Source: Paraspadella gotoi
Taxonomy: Eukaryota; Animalia; Chaetognatha
NCBI GenBank assembly: GCA_051294375.1
Contig: CM119265.1
Span: 8,812,772 to 8,876,771, forward strand
Direction of reading: 5' to 3'
DNA: 64,000 bases
The translations under genes were made by a program, and so were the position numbers. How positions within the stretch are numbered: position 1 is the first letter of the stretch; each line of letters begins with the position of its first letter. Below the pieces are notes generated by a model. The model saw only the letters and a program-made list of their open reading frames with translations, was not told where the DNA came from and did not search any database. Shown piece after piece: positions 40,444-56,100 of the stretch.

Positions 40444-43400
40444 CTGTTTGCAAAATTTTACATTCCCATTCTCTTTATATTTTTTGTTAATCCAGTATTT
40501 GTTTGGGTGTTGAAATAAATCATTTTGATATTTAGTTTTAAATTATTAAGATTTAAATTTAATTATTGAATTTCCATGCACAGAGTAGTCAACTTGCTAC
40601 AAGATTAGCTTAGATATATCAGCGATATTTATCTAAATCTACATAACTGCGTAATTTTCTAACCCGAAATTGAAAGAAGAGACGACAGCTCGATCGCTTC
40701 CTTCTTACCTCCTTTTCCCGCTACTCATTTCTCTCCAGAACTTTTTAGCCTTTTCCTTCACACTCGGTTTGAGAAAGAAATGACGGAAGTCTCTTACCCA
40801 GTTTTAACCCCCCCCGTCCCCGCCTGCCAGAAACCCTCTTAATGGGCGTTGAGGCCTGCACCCGCCTCCATTTCTCTCCTTTCCCATCCCTTCATTTCAT
40901 CCCCCCCCCTCTCGGATTCCTCCGGCACATCGACCCGCACTTTCGAAAATGAATAAAGAAAGAAAGAAAAAAAAGAAATATATTTTTTTCCCTTGCTTCT
41001 CTCCATTTGCCCCTTCACACCCCCTCTTCCGGTTCCTAGAACACCTGCAATTTCACAAAAACGAATTTCGGATTGAATACATTGATTTAGTAAACCTGTA
41101 TGTGCGCTGGTGAAAAAAAAAGGGCGGCTCCCTCGCCTTCTTACTTCCTCGTTCTCTCCACCCCCCCTCCTCCGCGACCGCGCCCCCCGTTTTTATACTA
41201 CCCCCCCTTCCGTCGTTTCCCTCTCTCAAGGAATGGGGAGAGCAGAATCGGGGCGATGGGGAAAGAGTTGAAGGAGGCGCGTTTCCTGAAAGAATGTCGA
41301 TTCGCTAGTGACACCGCGAGGCTCTCTCCCCCCCTGCCGCGATCCGTCGCGACGGTACCACGTCGTCCCGCCATTGGCCGAATCTCTCAACGCGACGTCA
41401 TCGCGGGATAGTCTCAAAAGGCGCGCGCGCGCGGAGGCTGAGCTGCTAGGCACGAGCAATCAGTCAGGGCCGGGGCGTCGCGCGGGCCGCTCCTGACGAC
41501 CGAGATCATGGTGAACACCGAACCGCGAAAACGCGAGCATGGAACCTGTCTCGAAGCTGGAAAAATAGGGGGATGGTAGGTGTGGAAACGAAGTTGAATA
41601 AAAGTGAACGGTAATTGCTGTTGTATTAGTTAATGTTTGTTTCAACAGTTTGTTTGGAAAGATAGATGAGAAACAAATTTTAACAGAAATTAAGTTAATT
41701 TGGTAAAAATATCTCAAATCCATTTCTCTCCAGCTCCTTATTCAAAGCGACGCCACTCCCCCCAAACTCCTTTGCGCATTCTACTCTCGTTCCGACGCGC
41801 ACCTTCGTTTTGTTGTTTGTGGATCTCAGAACTGATGGCAGCGGTTTCGTAGAAAAAGAGCGACTCCCGTTTCAGACGTCGTCGTCGTCGTCGTCGCGCT
41901 TGCGCACTTGCTTCCGGGAGTCGTCTCCTCCCCAACCCTCGCGTCGTCACCTCTTTTTCCTACCCGACACCGCCCCTCCTCGCCTCGTCCTTACCCACCC
42001 CCGGCGTTGGCAGCAAACCCCGCCAGGGTTCTCTCTCTCTCTCTCGACGTCGCGATAAGGAAAGAAATAAGGGAAAGATGGGGGCGTAGGGGGGGAGAGG
42101 CGCGGCGGCAGCGGTAAGGAGGAAAGGAAAGGAGATTGTCGCTGCTTTTTAGAGAACTAAAAGCAATTTTTTTTTTACCCGCTGTAGCAACATAATGGGA
42201 TTTGGAGCTACAGATTGAATTTTTTAGTTCGTCCTACGGGGGAACGAGGGGGCGTCATTCTAGTGGCACGTTATCGCGGACCTCATGAACTAACAACTTA
42301 CGTATGTATTGAAACGTGTTCAGTTTTAACCTAAAACCAGAATAAACGAGTTTCATTCGGAAAAAAATTTCGTGGGAAGACTAAGAGGGAACAACTTGAC
42401 GAGAAAAAAAAAAGATCTTTGTTCCCCTTTTTTCTTTTACCCTGGCGAAAACTAAAAGGAGGGGGCGTTCGGAAACGACGAAACTCACCCTCCCTCTCCC
42501 CCCGTCTCTTTATCTCCTTTTCTTCGACGAACTGGGAATTTATGAAAAAGAGGATTCCTTTGTATTTTGTTCGCTGGCAAAGATTGAGAGGCTGAGAAAT
42601 TTGGTTGGCAGACTCGATGAGAGACAGAGCGAGGGCGTTGGGAGGGAGAACTTTTTTTTTTCTTTTACCGACTTTTGTCGCAGAATTATTCCTCGGATCG
42701 GTGAAGGTAAGTTTTGCGATGAAAAGTGTAACTCTTAAATAGTTTGGATTCTCGCGTTTTTCCCCTTCCCCCTCTGATTTATTTTTGATTTTAGCTGGAG
42801 AAAAAAAACGGCATGACTGTTGTGATAAGTGGCAAAATTGAAAAGCTAATCCAGTGATAGATTACCGACGAATTTCTTGTTTTTTGTACCGAGCCTCATC
42901 GCGCATATCATTTTCGAGAAAGTCACAACGCGAAATTTTTTCTCGTTGGAAAATGGAAAGCCCTTTTTTTTTTTTTTTTTTTTGCAATCTCTTCGTCGCC
43001 GACAAATGGAGCTGAAATAGTAACTCGAGGCGTCTTCGATCACTCGGGGATTCCCACGACGCGGCCACTCAATCACGTCCTCGACACCCTCCTCCCCCGC
43101 TCACCTCACCTCGCCCCTCACCCACCGCTCACCTTACCACTCACCACCTCACCGTCGACACCTGTCGAAACTTCCGGAGAAGCTTCTCTAACGACATTCC
43201 ATTTCGTCGGTGTCTCCTTTCCCCGCTTCATGACGTCATAGGCCGGAAATCGTCTTCTAATTCACTTCCGTCGATGTAGATGGAGAGAGAGAGAAAATGA
43301 GGAGCCTTGTATGACTGGGTTTCTTTTCGATGAAGGGGTCAAAAATAACAAATACTTTCATATAAAGTACCATGATGAACGTATATTATCATTGAAAGCG

Positions 43401-44219
43401 TTAATTAATATAATAAAGTTGTAAAAATATAACTAGAACTTCAAATGACCCGGCTCCAAAACTAAAAAACAAAAAGGTAGAGGAAGGAAAGGAAGAAGGT
43501 ATATGGATGATGGACAGATGGTAGATGAATACTACAACGAAAAAGTAGGATATTGAATCGAATCGGGGAAACAATAACCGAAAAAAATACAATGCGATGG
43601 AATGGAGCGACGTGAGACGTTTTCATATTTTGTCTCAGGTGCCGCGAAAGACTTTCCAAAATGAATGTAAATATCGGAGCTGTACACTTTTGATTATTAA
43701 CTCGTCTGATTCGTTTTCTTCCGTTCGAGATTCCGAAAGCATTGTGTTAGGACGTCAATTAATCACTTTGGAACGCCTATGACGAACAAACGCGTTGACA
43801 ACATCGTTGATTTATACTACTGCGATTACAATGGTTTCGCAGTACGAAAATCCTTTCGTGTATCGAAATGATGTCGAGAATGATTTTTTTTTTCCGCGAG
43901 GAAAACGTACATCCATTTTGTTAATCGACGGAAAAAATTAGCTCTGGTAATTTGACGTTGAAGTATTATCAAATATTTGGCTTTCATAATAATTTTATTG
44001 AGTAATGTATACCTAGAGGAATAAAATAGTTCATATTCTCCCCAATTCATTTCCTCCTCAATTACTCCTTACTTTTCCTCACCCGTGTGAAACCTAGACG
44101 AGGGCCACCTTTTCGCACCCCGGGCTTAGGTCAAGGTCGCGGCTCTTTTGCCTCACCCAAGCCTCACCCTCAACCGGCTCACTTGGCGAAGAAAGTCGCG
44201 ATCTCTCTCTCTCTCTCTC

Positions 44220-44304
<85 letters not shown>

Positions 44305-45132
44305 GTTCTCAATCTCTCCCTAAAAAAGGGTCCTCGCATCGTCGTCGTTCGACGGCCGATCTCATAGGCTCACGGACGACGACGACGACGGGACACGGGA
44401 AGAGAGAAAGCGGTTCGTGCCATGAGGAGGATGAGGAGGAAGAGCAGGGACGAGGGACGAGGATGAAAATTTTTTTTTTCTCCTCGTCGTCGTCGTTGTC
44501 GTCGTCGTCTGCGTTGCCCCATGTGTTTCGTTCGAGTGTCGTTGACTTCAAGTCAGGAGGAAAAGCGGAATCCGACGGACGAAAAACTCAAAACTCGGAA
44601 ATAAACGTTCGGTTTCCTCGAATCTCGCTCGATATATATTTATTTTTTTCCGAAATAAAAGAAAATACTTTTTTTTTTTTAAATTTTTTTCCGTTAAAAG
44701 ATGAGAAAGGGAGGAAGTTCGCGATTGTGAAACGTGAAACTTTATTCTCTCCCTTTTTTTTATCTCTCACACTCCCCACCGGCTCTACACCCTGAACCCC
44801 TCATTCGCCCGACGATGATGACGCCCATGGTTTTATACGAATAAATTAATTTAATAAAATTTAATAATAATTTAATAAAAATAAATAAAAAGAGATACGT
44901 AAAAAAAACGCACAAGAATGCCGCGAACAAGAAGCAAGCAATAAAAACCGTATTACGCACTACATCCCTGCCTTTTTTTTTTTGGTCTCCCGCCGATCCG
45001 TTTCGCGACATCAATAACAACAACAACAACGACTACGAAGAAAACTCGAAAAACTTTGAATCTTAATTATCTCGTTACATTTTCACAAAGTCATTGACTT
45101 CATTTCACACCGATTCACACGCCGTCGCCGCC

Positions 45133-45271
45133 TTGTTTGCGCAAAACCCCATCCTAAGGAGTTATTTTTGTTTTGTTTGCGCATCTCCTTTTCCTTGTTT
45201 GCGCAACCTCCGCTCTTTATTTGCGCAACCTCTCCTCTTCGATCGCCGCCGTCGGAGCCTTGTTTGCGCAA
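45133..45271 (+). promoter_or_regulatory. Homotypic cluster of five TTRTTTGCGCA(A) sites upstream of Lhx3/4
   Basis: Sites at ~45133, 45173, 45195, 45217 and 45260, with different spacers. Each combines a forkhead-like TRTTTGC with, in four of five, the palindrome TTGCGCAA. Confidence 0.5.
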
Positions 45272-46222
45272 CCTCTTCGAAAGGGCCGTCGAGCGAGCCG
45301 CTGCGGCGACCGCCGAGACTCTAATTGACTTCCGACTTTTCCGATCGACGAGAGAGAGAGAGCGAGAGAGAGAGACTCGGCGGGGGCGGATTCGGCGGCG
45401 GCGAATTAAAGGAAGATCGAAGATTTAAAAATATTTCAGAGACGATTACGGGTCACCACGGTTTGAACATTGTCGACATCCTCCCCCGGTACTGGACGCC
45501 ACTACTGTGTGACAACTTCGCCACAACCGGAGCCGAAATGTTTTGGGAATAGGAGATAATAAACTGTAAATAGGTACCAACGTTAATTACATTGACGTCA
45601 TGCCGTTGAACGTGGCGTCCCGTAGTCTCGCCGCCAGGGAATGACTCCGCCCACGACCTCTCGCTCCGTTGCTTGCCATCGCGAGATTAAAAAAAAACGT
45701 AAAACAAAAAGGCAACCGAACTTGAAATTTCGAACAAACGTCAAATTATACTTGATCGGAAATAGATAAACCTAGTAGACGTAAAGATTTGTAAGATATT
45801 TACGATTAAAAGATCTAATGACAAAAACCAACAATTAATGTTAAAAGCTCCAAATTAGAAATTTTCGCAACAAACGAAACGCTCTTCGTGGGCAGAAACA
45901 AAAAAAAAGAGAAAAAAAAAAAAATCGAAAGACGAATCGCGGAGAAAAAAAAATTGAGTCGTCGAATTTCTTTTTCAAATCATCAACCATCGGAAGAAAA
46001 AGAAAAACGAGAACAAAACGAAACGAAACAAAATTGTTTGATTCTTGTTCATCTTTGCTTAGCGAAAGCGAGAGTTGCAGTCGGTTTCCCGCCACGTCCT
46101 TTCCGTCGACCGCGCCCACGCCATCGACCACGCCACGGCCTCGCGCCAACGCCGCCCCCCTCCGCCCGCGCCAAGGACTCGCGCCAATCTCACGCGCCAC
46201 CCCACAGCCTCGCCCAGACGCC

Positions 46223-49386
<3,164 letters not shown>

Positions 49387-50189
49387 GTGAGTTTTTGTGG
49401 GAGATATCGGAACCGTTGTTGTTGGTTGCCGCGTTTTCTTCGACAGAGATTCTATTGTTCTGTTACTTATTTATATCATACGTATATATTTTAATTCATT
49501 CATCGTAGATATCATAAATTAACAAAGATGATCCGCCAATCCTGTTCTTTTCGTAACACCCGAAGGAGTTCCAGATATAAATCTTTATTCTTAATGAAAT
49601 TCCAAAGCCCTGCCTCACCCAACATCCCGGATGGCGTAGGCTTCTTTTAATCTTTCTCAACATTCCTCCGAAATTCCAAACCCGTCGCCTATCGACCAAT
49701 TACATCCCCGGATGTCAAAGGGTCACGCGTGCCGATAGCGCCGCGCCCGCGACGCCCTTCGTCCAGGGTGTCGCGACGCGAGAGTCAGAAATTCCATTCC
49801 CGATGAATCATTTTATCGCTTCGAAATCGAGACGGCTTCCGGTTGCATCTTTTCCAGAGAAAAAAAATGTCTTAGGGGCGGATGACGTAAAAAAAATCTG
49901 CCTTTGTCCCCGTCTCGCTTGAATTTAAAATAAAACTAAAGATCAATCGCGCGATCGAAAGCCAAATAATTACCTTTATAAAATGATACATGTATACATA
50001 ATAAATTGTAAATATCTCTCCGATTTAGGTAATATGGAAACCTCTTTGACTTAAATTTCAATTTAAACCAAAAAAAAAATCCTCCAGATCGTTTCTCTCT
50101 TTTCGCTCGCGTGTCGGATCTTCGCTCGAGATCGTTTTTCATCCTTTTTAGATTCGGCGTAAAAACGAATTTTCGCGTCGACACTTTCG

Positions 50190-53100
50190 ACCGGAAGCAC
50201 GGAAGCCGACCTTGTGCCTTCTACTTTAAGACTCGATGACTCTGGGATTGGCCCCGCATTCTATCAAACGGTGGATGTCCGGATAAATATCATAAACAAA
50301 TAATTTATCGTCTCCCGAATATTACGCGGGATGACTGAGGTTCGAAATTCGACATTTAAATTCTGATATTTTTTTAGGCGACGATAGGAACATTGAAAAC
50401 GGATGTAACATTCACGAAGTTTATACAAAGACAAATAGGGAAGGCTTGATTGTCAGAAATGACAATATTGTAATGACAGCTAAAGTGAATCCCGAAAGCC
50501 AGATAAATAACCTTTCAAGCCCAGGTCATAAACGGCATCTCGATCGACCGAACGACGACGACGACGAACCCGACCGACGGTGGCTTTAAACTTTCTGATC
50601 GTTCCATCACCCCAATCGATGCATGTTCGAATATTTTTTCCAGAAATTCCTGAGCGGAAAGAAAACTCAGAGACAATTAAGACAATAATCTTCTTCTTCT
50701 GAATTCTATCCTAGGGGAGATTACTTTAGGTCAAGGGTCTGAAATAAGCGAGTATCGGCGAGGCTTTTGATTCTCTTGTCCGGTGTTTTCCCATTCCGGA
50801 ACCCGTTCTGATCGATTGCTCCATTCACAACTTGTGAATGGCCGAAGATCGTCGTTCAGGGACTTCGCGCGAAACTAACATTAGTAAACAATGGATCATT
50901 CTGAATCGAACTCTTGGTGTAGCAGTTTTCTTAAAGAGTTTTTTTGTGCTTGAGCACAATTTTAAATTAAGTTAGTGTTAGAAGAAACTGATAAAATTCC
51001 TACGAAAATTTAATAAAATATAAAACGCTAATTTACAGAAATCTTCATCGGTGTGGTGGTTGCTCGAAATTTCGTCCGAGCTCAAGTTTTGAAAATCGAT
51101 TTCCCGATTCAAACGCCGTTTTCGGTTCCGTGTCCGAGGATTTTTATTTGGGGGAGAGGTATTGAAGACTGCTCTTCATCGTACATCTTTCGGATTCGCA
51201 GCGTCGTTCGCAGGTCAGTCGGCGCGGGGAGGGATTGGGTTTAGGGGCGGGCCACGAAGGCAGAGCCCGGGGAAGTGGGAGGGGAAAGACAGAAAAAGGG
51301 ACTTGTCGTGGAAATTCCAGTTCAACTTTATTGTTGGTTTGAAGTGAGGAAAAGATGAGGTAGAAAGGGGGAGTAAGCTTTCCAGTAAAAGGGTATAAAG
51401 CTTCGGCGCATGCGAGTTTAGCGTGTCGCCAGTGGTTGAAGGTGATCGGTTAGCGGTCAACGGTGAGCTGAAACGGCCGGGCTTTGGTGTGTCAAAACCA
51501 AACTCCGCATGTCGACGAGTCCGCGGGGGAATATTGTCAAAGGCGAGGAGCGGAGTATGGTAAGTTATTGAGTCGGTATTGCCGCCGTCCGTAAGAGAGC
51601 TCGGTCGGTCTAAAGGTAAGTTGTCGGTCATTTTGCCTCCGCTCTTCGTTTCACCGTTTCCGAACCTACCTTCTCTGCCTCCCTTCTGCGAAGAAGGTAA
51701 GGAAAGGGGAGAAGAGTCACGAAGATCGTTTATTCGCTGTCAGTCGAAGACAACGACGACGACGAAGATGTACGACCGAAAAAAAAAAAAGAAACGAACG
51801 ACGCGATCTCAAGAAGCAATATAATAAATGTGGACATGCCAGTAGGGAGAATGAACTGGACTAAATAAGCAACGACATATCAGGAGTGACAAGGCGAAAA
51901 AAAAAACGACAACGACATCGACCACGCGACAACGACGAACCATCGACACGACAACGTAGAGACCGGTCGCAGAAAAAAAGGCGGCCTGAGTCTGGCAAAG
52001 GGCGCTGCCGTCCGGTGTGGCATCCTGAGTTCCCACGAATATCCGTCATGCGGAGAGAAACAAACAAAAACCAAAGGAGACGAATAAACTCGTTTGTTGT
52101 TTTTTTTTTTTTTTGTTCCTTTGGTTTAAATTATTTTCTCGAGCGACGAAGGTCATACTCGTATGAAATTGTGAAGCAAAATTAGTGTCATAAGACTGCG
52201 ATCCGATTAGTTGATAGATATGTGAACCCAAGAAACTTAGAATCGGAAGTGCGTCATGGACTATGGCGATTGGATGGCAATTGATGGCAAGGCATGGCGA
52301 TTGATCCCATCACCGATGATATCGGGATTCGGCGAAGATCAAAGGGAAACGATGCATCTTCATTTCAAATGAAAGGAAAAAAAAATATGGAGGAAAACTC
52401 GTATTTCGTCGTCGGAACTGTTTGTTTACGACTTTCGACGTAGAAGAATCCGGTCTTATTTTTGTTTGTTGCTTTGTTTTTCTATTCCCCATAATACATT
52501 CGTTTAGTTGAAATTGAAAAGTGTTCTTTAGTGAGACAATGGTCTTCAAATTAAGCAAGAGTATAAAGACGCGGAAATGTATATATACCGGACTATTACC
52601 GCCAAAGTAAATATATTCAGCCCTTTTTGAAACTTTCCAACCACAAGTCGTTCGAATGCTATTAGAATGATGAATGTTCTCGAACTTTCCAAGATTCCAC
52701 AACAAACTCACTAATAGACTTACTTTTAAGAAAAAAAACTGGACAAAGGAGTTTTGAAAACGACCGGGAAATGAGATTTCGACGGCTGCAACCTCAGAAG
52801 CCGCCAGCCGACGGCTTTATTTTTTTCGCCAGCCAGCAGCGACGAAGCAGCAGGGACGCAGCAGCTAGCGAACGACAAGGAACGGGCATGGATAGTCAGG
52901 GAGCCACGACGGCCACATGTGCTCCGTCCGAACGCCACCGCGAGGTTGCTGTACGCAGGAGTGACGTTGAAAACTCTGGACAGAAGGGTAGAAAAGGAGA
53001 GAGGAGCGGGGGAAAAAACAGTAAGAGGGTGATGGAGGGTGGGGAAAAAGTACCAAAAAAAAAACACAAACAAAAACAAAACCAGAAAAGAGAAATGTCA

Positions 53101-56100
53101 AACAAAACGCAAGGGCGAAAAACGAGTTGGAAAAAAAAAAAACAGAATGGGGCGGCCAGAGCAAAAAAGGCGTGCTGGACGGAAATAAAAAAAAAAGTAA
53201 AAAAAAAAAAAATAGAGAGGAAAAGAAAAACAAAAGAAAAGTAGAACACTAGGCAAGAATAAAAAAGAACATATAAAAAAAAAAACGGGGTAAAAAAAAT
53301 AGAGATCAAAAAAAAAAAAAAAAAAAAAAAAAAGAAAAAAAAACGCGTGGGTTATGAAGACAAAGCAAAAAAAAAAAAAAAACAAAAAGAAAGAAAAAAA
53401 AAAATAAAAATAAAAAAAAAGCATAAGATTGGCAGGGGAGCGGTTTTTGTGAATGTAGTGAAGTGCATCGCGCTGTAGGCGGGTTAATTGAGTGACCGGG
53501 CCGGATTGGGGTAAGGGTGCTTTTGGAGTGCGTTATTTGGGCAGGATGGTCTGTTTTGCGCGGCGTACGAATCGAGTCACAGTGAGGAGAAGTGTGAAAT
53601 GCCGTGAGAAGAGTTGGGGTACGGTAAACAACCCAAAACCAAAAAAACAAACAACGGACCCTCGATCGATTTCGCCCGGAAAAAAACAAGTGATCAACAT
53701 ATTTTTTACTACTGAAATTAATCTGGGGTAACAGCGACCAATACCCGAATGGGAAAGGATTATGAGGGATAAAGGAGGGGAAGTGAAGAAGAATAGGAAA
53801 GGAAGAAGAAAAAGGATAGAAAAGTAAAAGGCAAAGAAAGGAAATGAAAAGGGAAAAGGAAAAGGAAAAGGAAAATGGAAAAAAGTAATAAGAAAGAGAT
53901 AAGGGGAAAGAAAAAAAAGTAAGGAAAATGGATAAGGAAAAGAAAAAAAAAGATAGGGATGAACAAAAAAGGTCCATAAATTCTTTCCTTTCAACGTACA
54001 ATTTTTGACTTGCTCGTTCCGTTTCAGGGTTTTGTTTTTTTTTTTTAGTCGAATCTCATGACGGGTCATTTTAATCGTTTTGAAGGGGCGAGCGGGAAAC
54101 AATTTCGGAGCTGGGTTGAGATGAGAGAGCTTGAAACTTGTCGAACTCACCGTAAACAATAAACAAACAAAAAAAGAGTCACGTGACGCTCGTTCGCTGC
54201 TGATAAGGCGTACACCTGCCCGCTCGTACAGTAAGGCGTCTTAGTAAAATTTCTAAATTTAATTTTTAATTTAAAACTTCCTAAAAGTGAGGGAATGAAC
54301 CACATGATACTAATAAAACATTTACTGTAATAAAAAAGTTATAATAAATTTTACAATTTATGGCAGTAAGCCATATTTATACTAGTACTAATCCAATAAA
54401 GTATTAAAATTCAAAACAGTTTTTTTTTTAAGTTTTTTTGCAGATTTGGATTCGTCATAAAAAGTTGATTTAAAAAGAACATATTAAACTTCTTTGAAAA
54501 ATTCCTTCATTAAGTGGTCAAAAATTAAAAAAAAGCTATATTTTAAGCTTTGAAAATTAACTTTTTATATGAAATTGGTACAACAATATAAAAAATTATC
54601 CATTGTCATTTAATTAAATAAGCTATCTTGTCCCTGACTTTTGGACAGGCTTTGGTGGTTTTAAGGCCTCCATCACACTTACAAGATAATAACATAACAG
54701 TTTCTGCAAGCTTTCAATCAAGACTCTTTCACAGTCTCATTTAATTCACTTCCCAGTGAACGGCCTTCCCTATCAATGAAGTGGTATTAATATTTCAAAG
54801 AATGTTTCAATTGTATGAAAAGACCACTCCTTAAGGTATTAGATCGGGGAATACTATATTGTAACTCCGGGGCGGGAACTAGGCATCAAATATATAATAT
54901 TAATAGATGTTAGTGTTTTTACATTTTTACCAACTTAATGAAGGAATTTGTAAAAATGATTTATATTTTCTTTTATCAACTTGAGAGGAATTCAAATCTT
55001 GCAATCAAAATTAAGAAAAGCCCATTATTTGAAATTTCGATTATTATAAGGAACATACTATGTATTAAAATATAGCCTTAACCGTGCGAAAATTAAAACA
55101 CATAAAATCTATTTTTTAGCATATTAATATTTCACCGATGGTATTGTTGTTCATAATTGACATTTAGAATTTTCCTGTATATAACTTTCACTACGTCTTT
55201 AGCTAAATAGTCAGAGGCGCAACCGCAATTCCAATTTCCAAACATCGACGAAATTTTCTTCTTGGCCGTCAAAAATTTTTGAACCCATCACACTGTGGGC
55301 CGGTGAAGAAAAAAAAAATTTGACTCTGAAGACCTCGGGTCACCTTGACCTCAGAACTCCCTTTTCCTTCTCTCGACTTCCCCGACCCCCCTTTGGTCAG
55401 CTCCCGTCTAGGCGTCAAGGAATCGGGGGCTCAGAGTGAGGAGAGAGAGAGACGAGAGGAGAGAGGAGAGAGAGAAGAGAGAGAGAGAGAGAGGAGAGAG
55501 CGAGGGAGAGGAGAGAGAGAGATGAGAGAGAGGAAAAGGAGCGTCTCTCGTTGTTTCTGCTCCCGTCGAACTTCTCTCTTCTCTCTTCTCCTCTTCTTCG
55601 TATTCTCTCTCTCTCTCTTCTCTCTCTCTCTTCTCTCTCTCTCTCTCTCTGCTCTTCTCTCTCCCTCCTCTCTCTACTCTCTCTCTCTGTCGATCTAGGG
55701 AAGTCAATTCGTGCGCTTTTCTCAAAGATCGANNNNNNNNNNNNNNNNNNNNNNNNNCTTCAGAGTCAAATTTTTTTCTTCTCCCGGCCCAAGTTTGATG
55801 GGTTCAAAAATTTTGACGCCCAAGAAAAAAAGTTTCGTCGATGTTTGAAATTGGAATTGCGGTTCCGCTCTGACTGTACGCGGTGTACGCCTCCGCACGA
55901 ACGAGCGTCACGTGACTTTTTTGTTTTGTTTATTGTTTACGTGAGTTCAAGTTTCAACCTCCGAAATTGTTTCCCCCTTCAAAACAAAATGACCGTCATG
56001 AGATTCGATAAAAAAAAAAAAAAACCTGAAAACGGACGACAAGTCAAAATGTCGTCGAAAGGAAAGAATTTATGGACCTTTTTTGTTCTTTCTTTTTTTT

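Noticed and set aside
41508-41580. Alternative Lhx3/4 first coding exon (ATG...gtagg)
   Set aside because: The splice phase does not match the LIM exon and there is no homology. A non-coding exon cannot be excluded.
50151-50240. Possible next Lhx3/4 exon (acceptor followed by RFGVK...)
   Set aside because: It starts like RFGTK but lacks the LIM2 CxxC pattern and soon reaches a stop.
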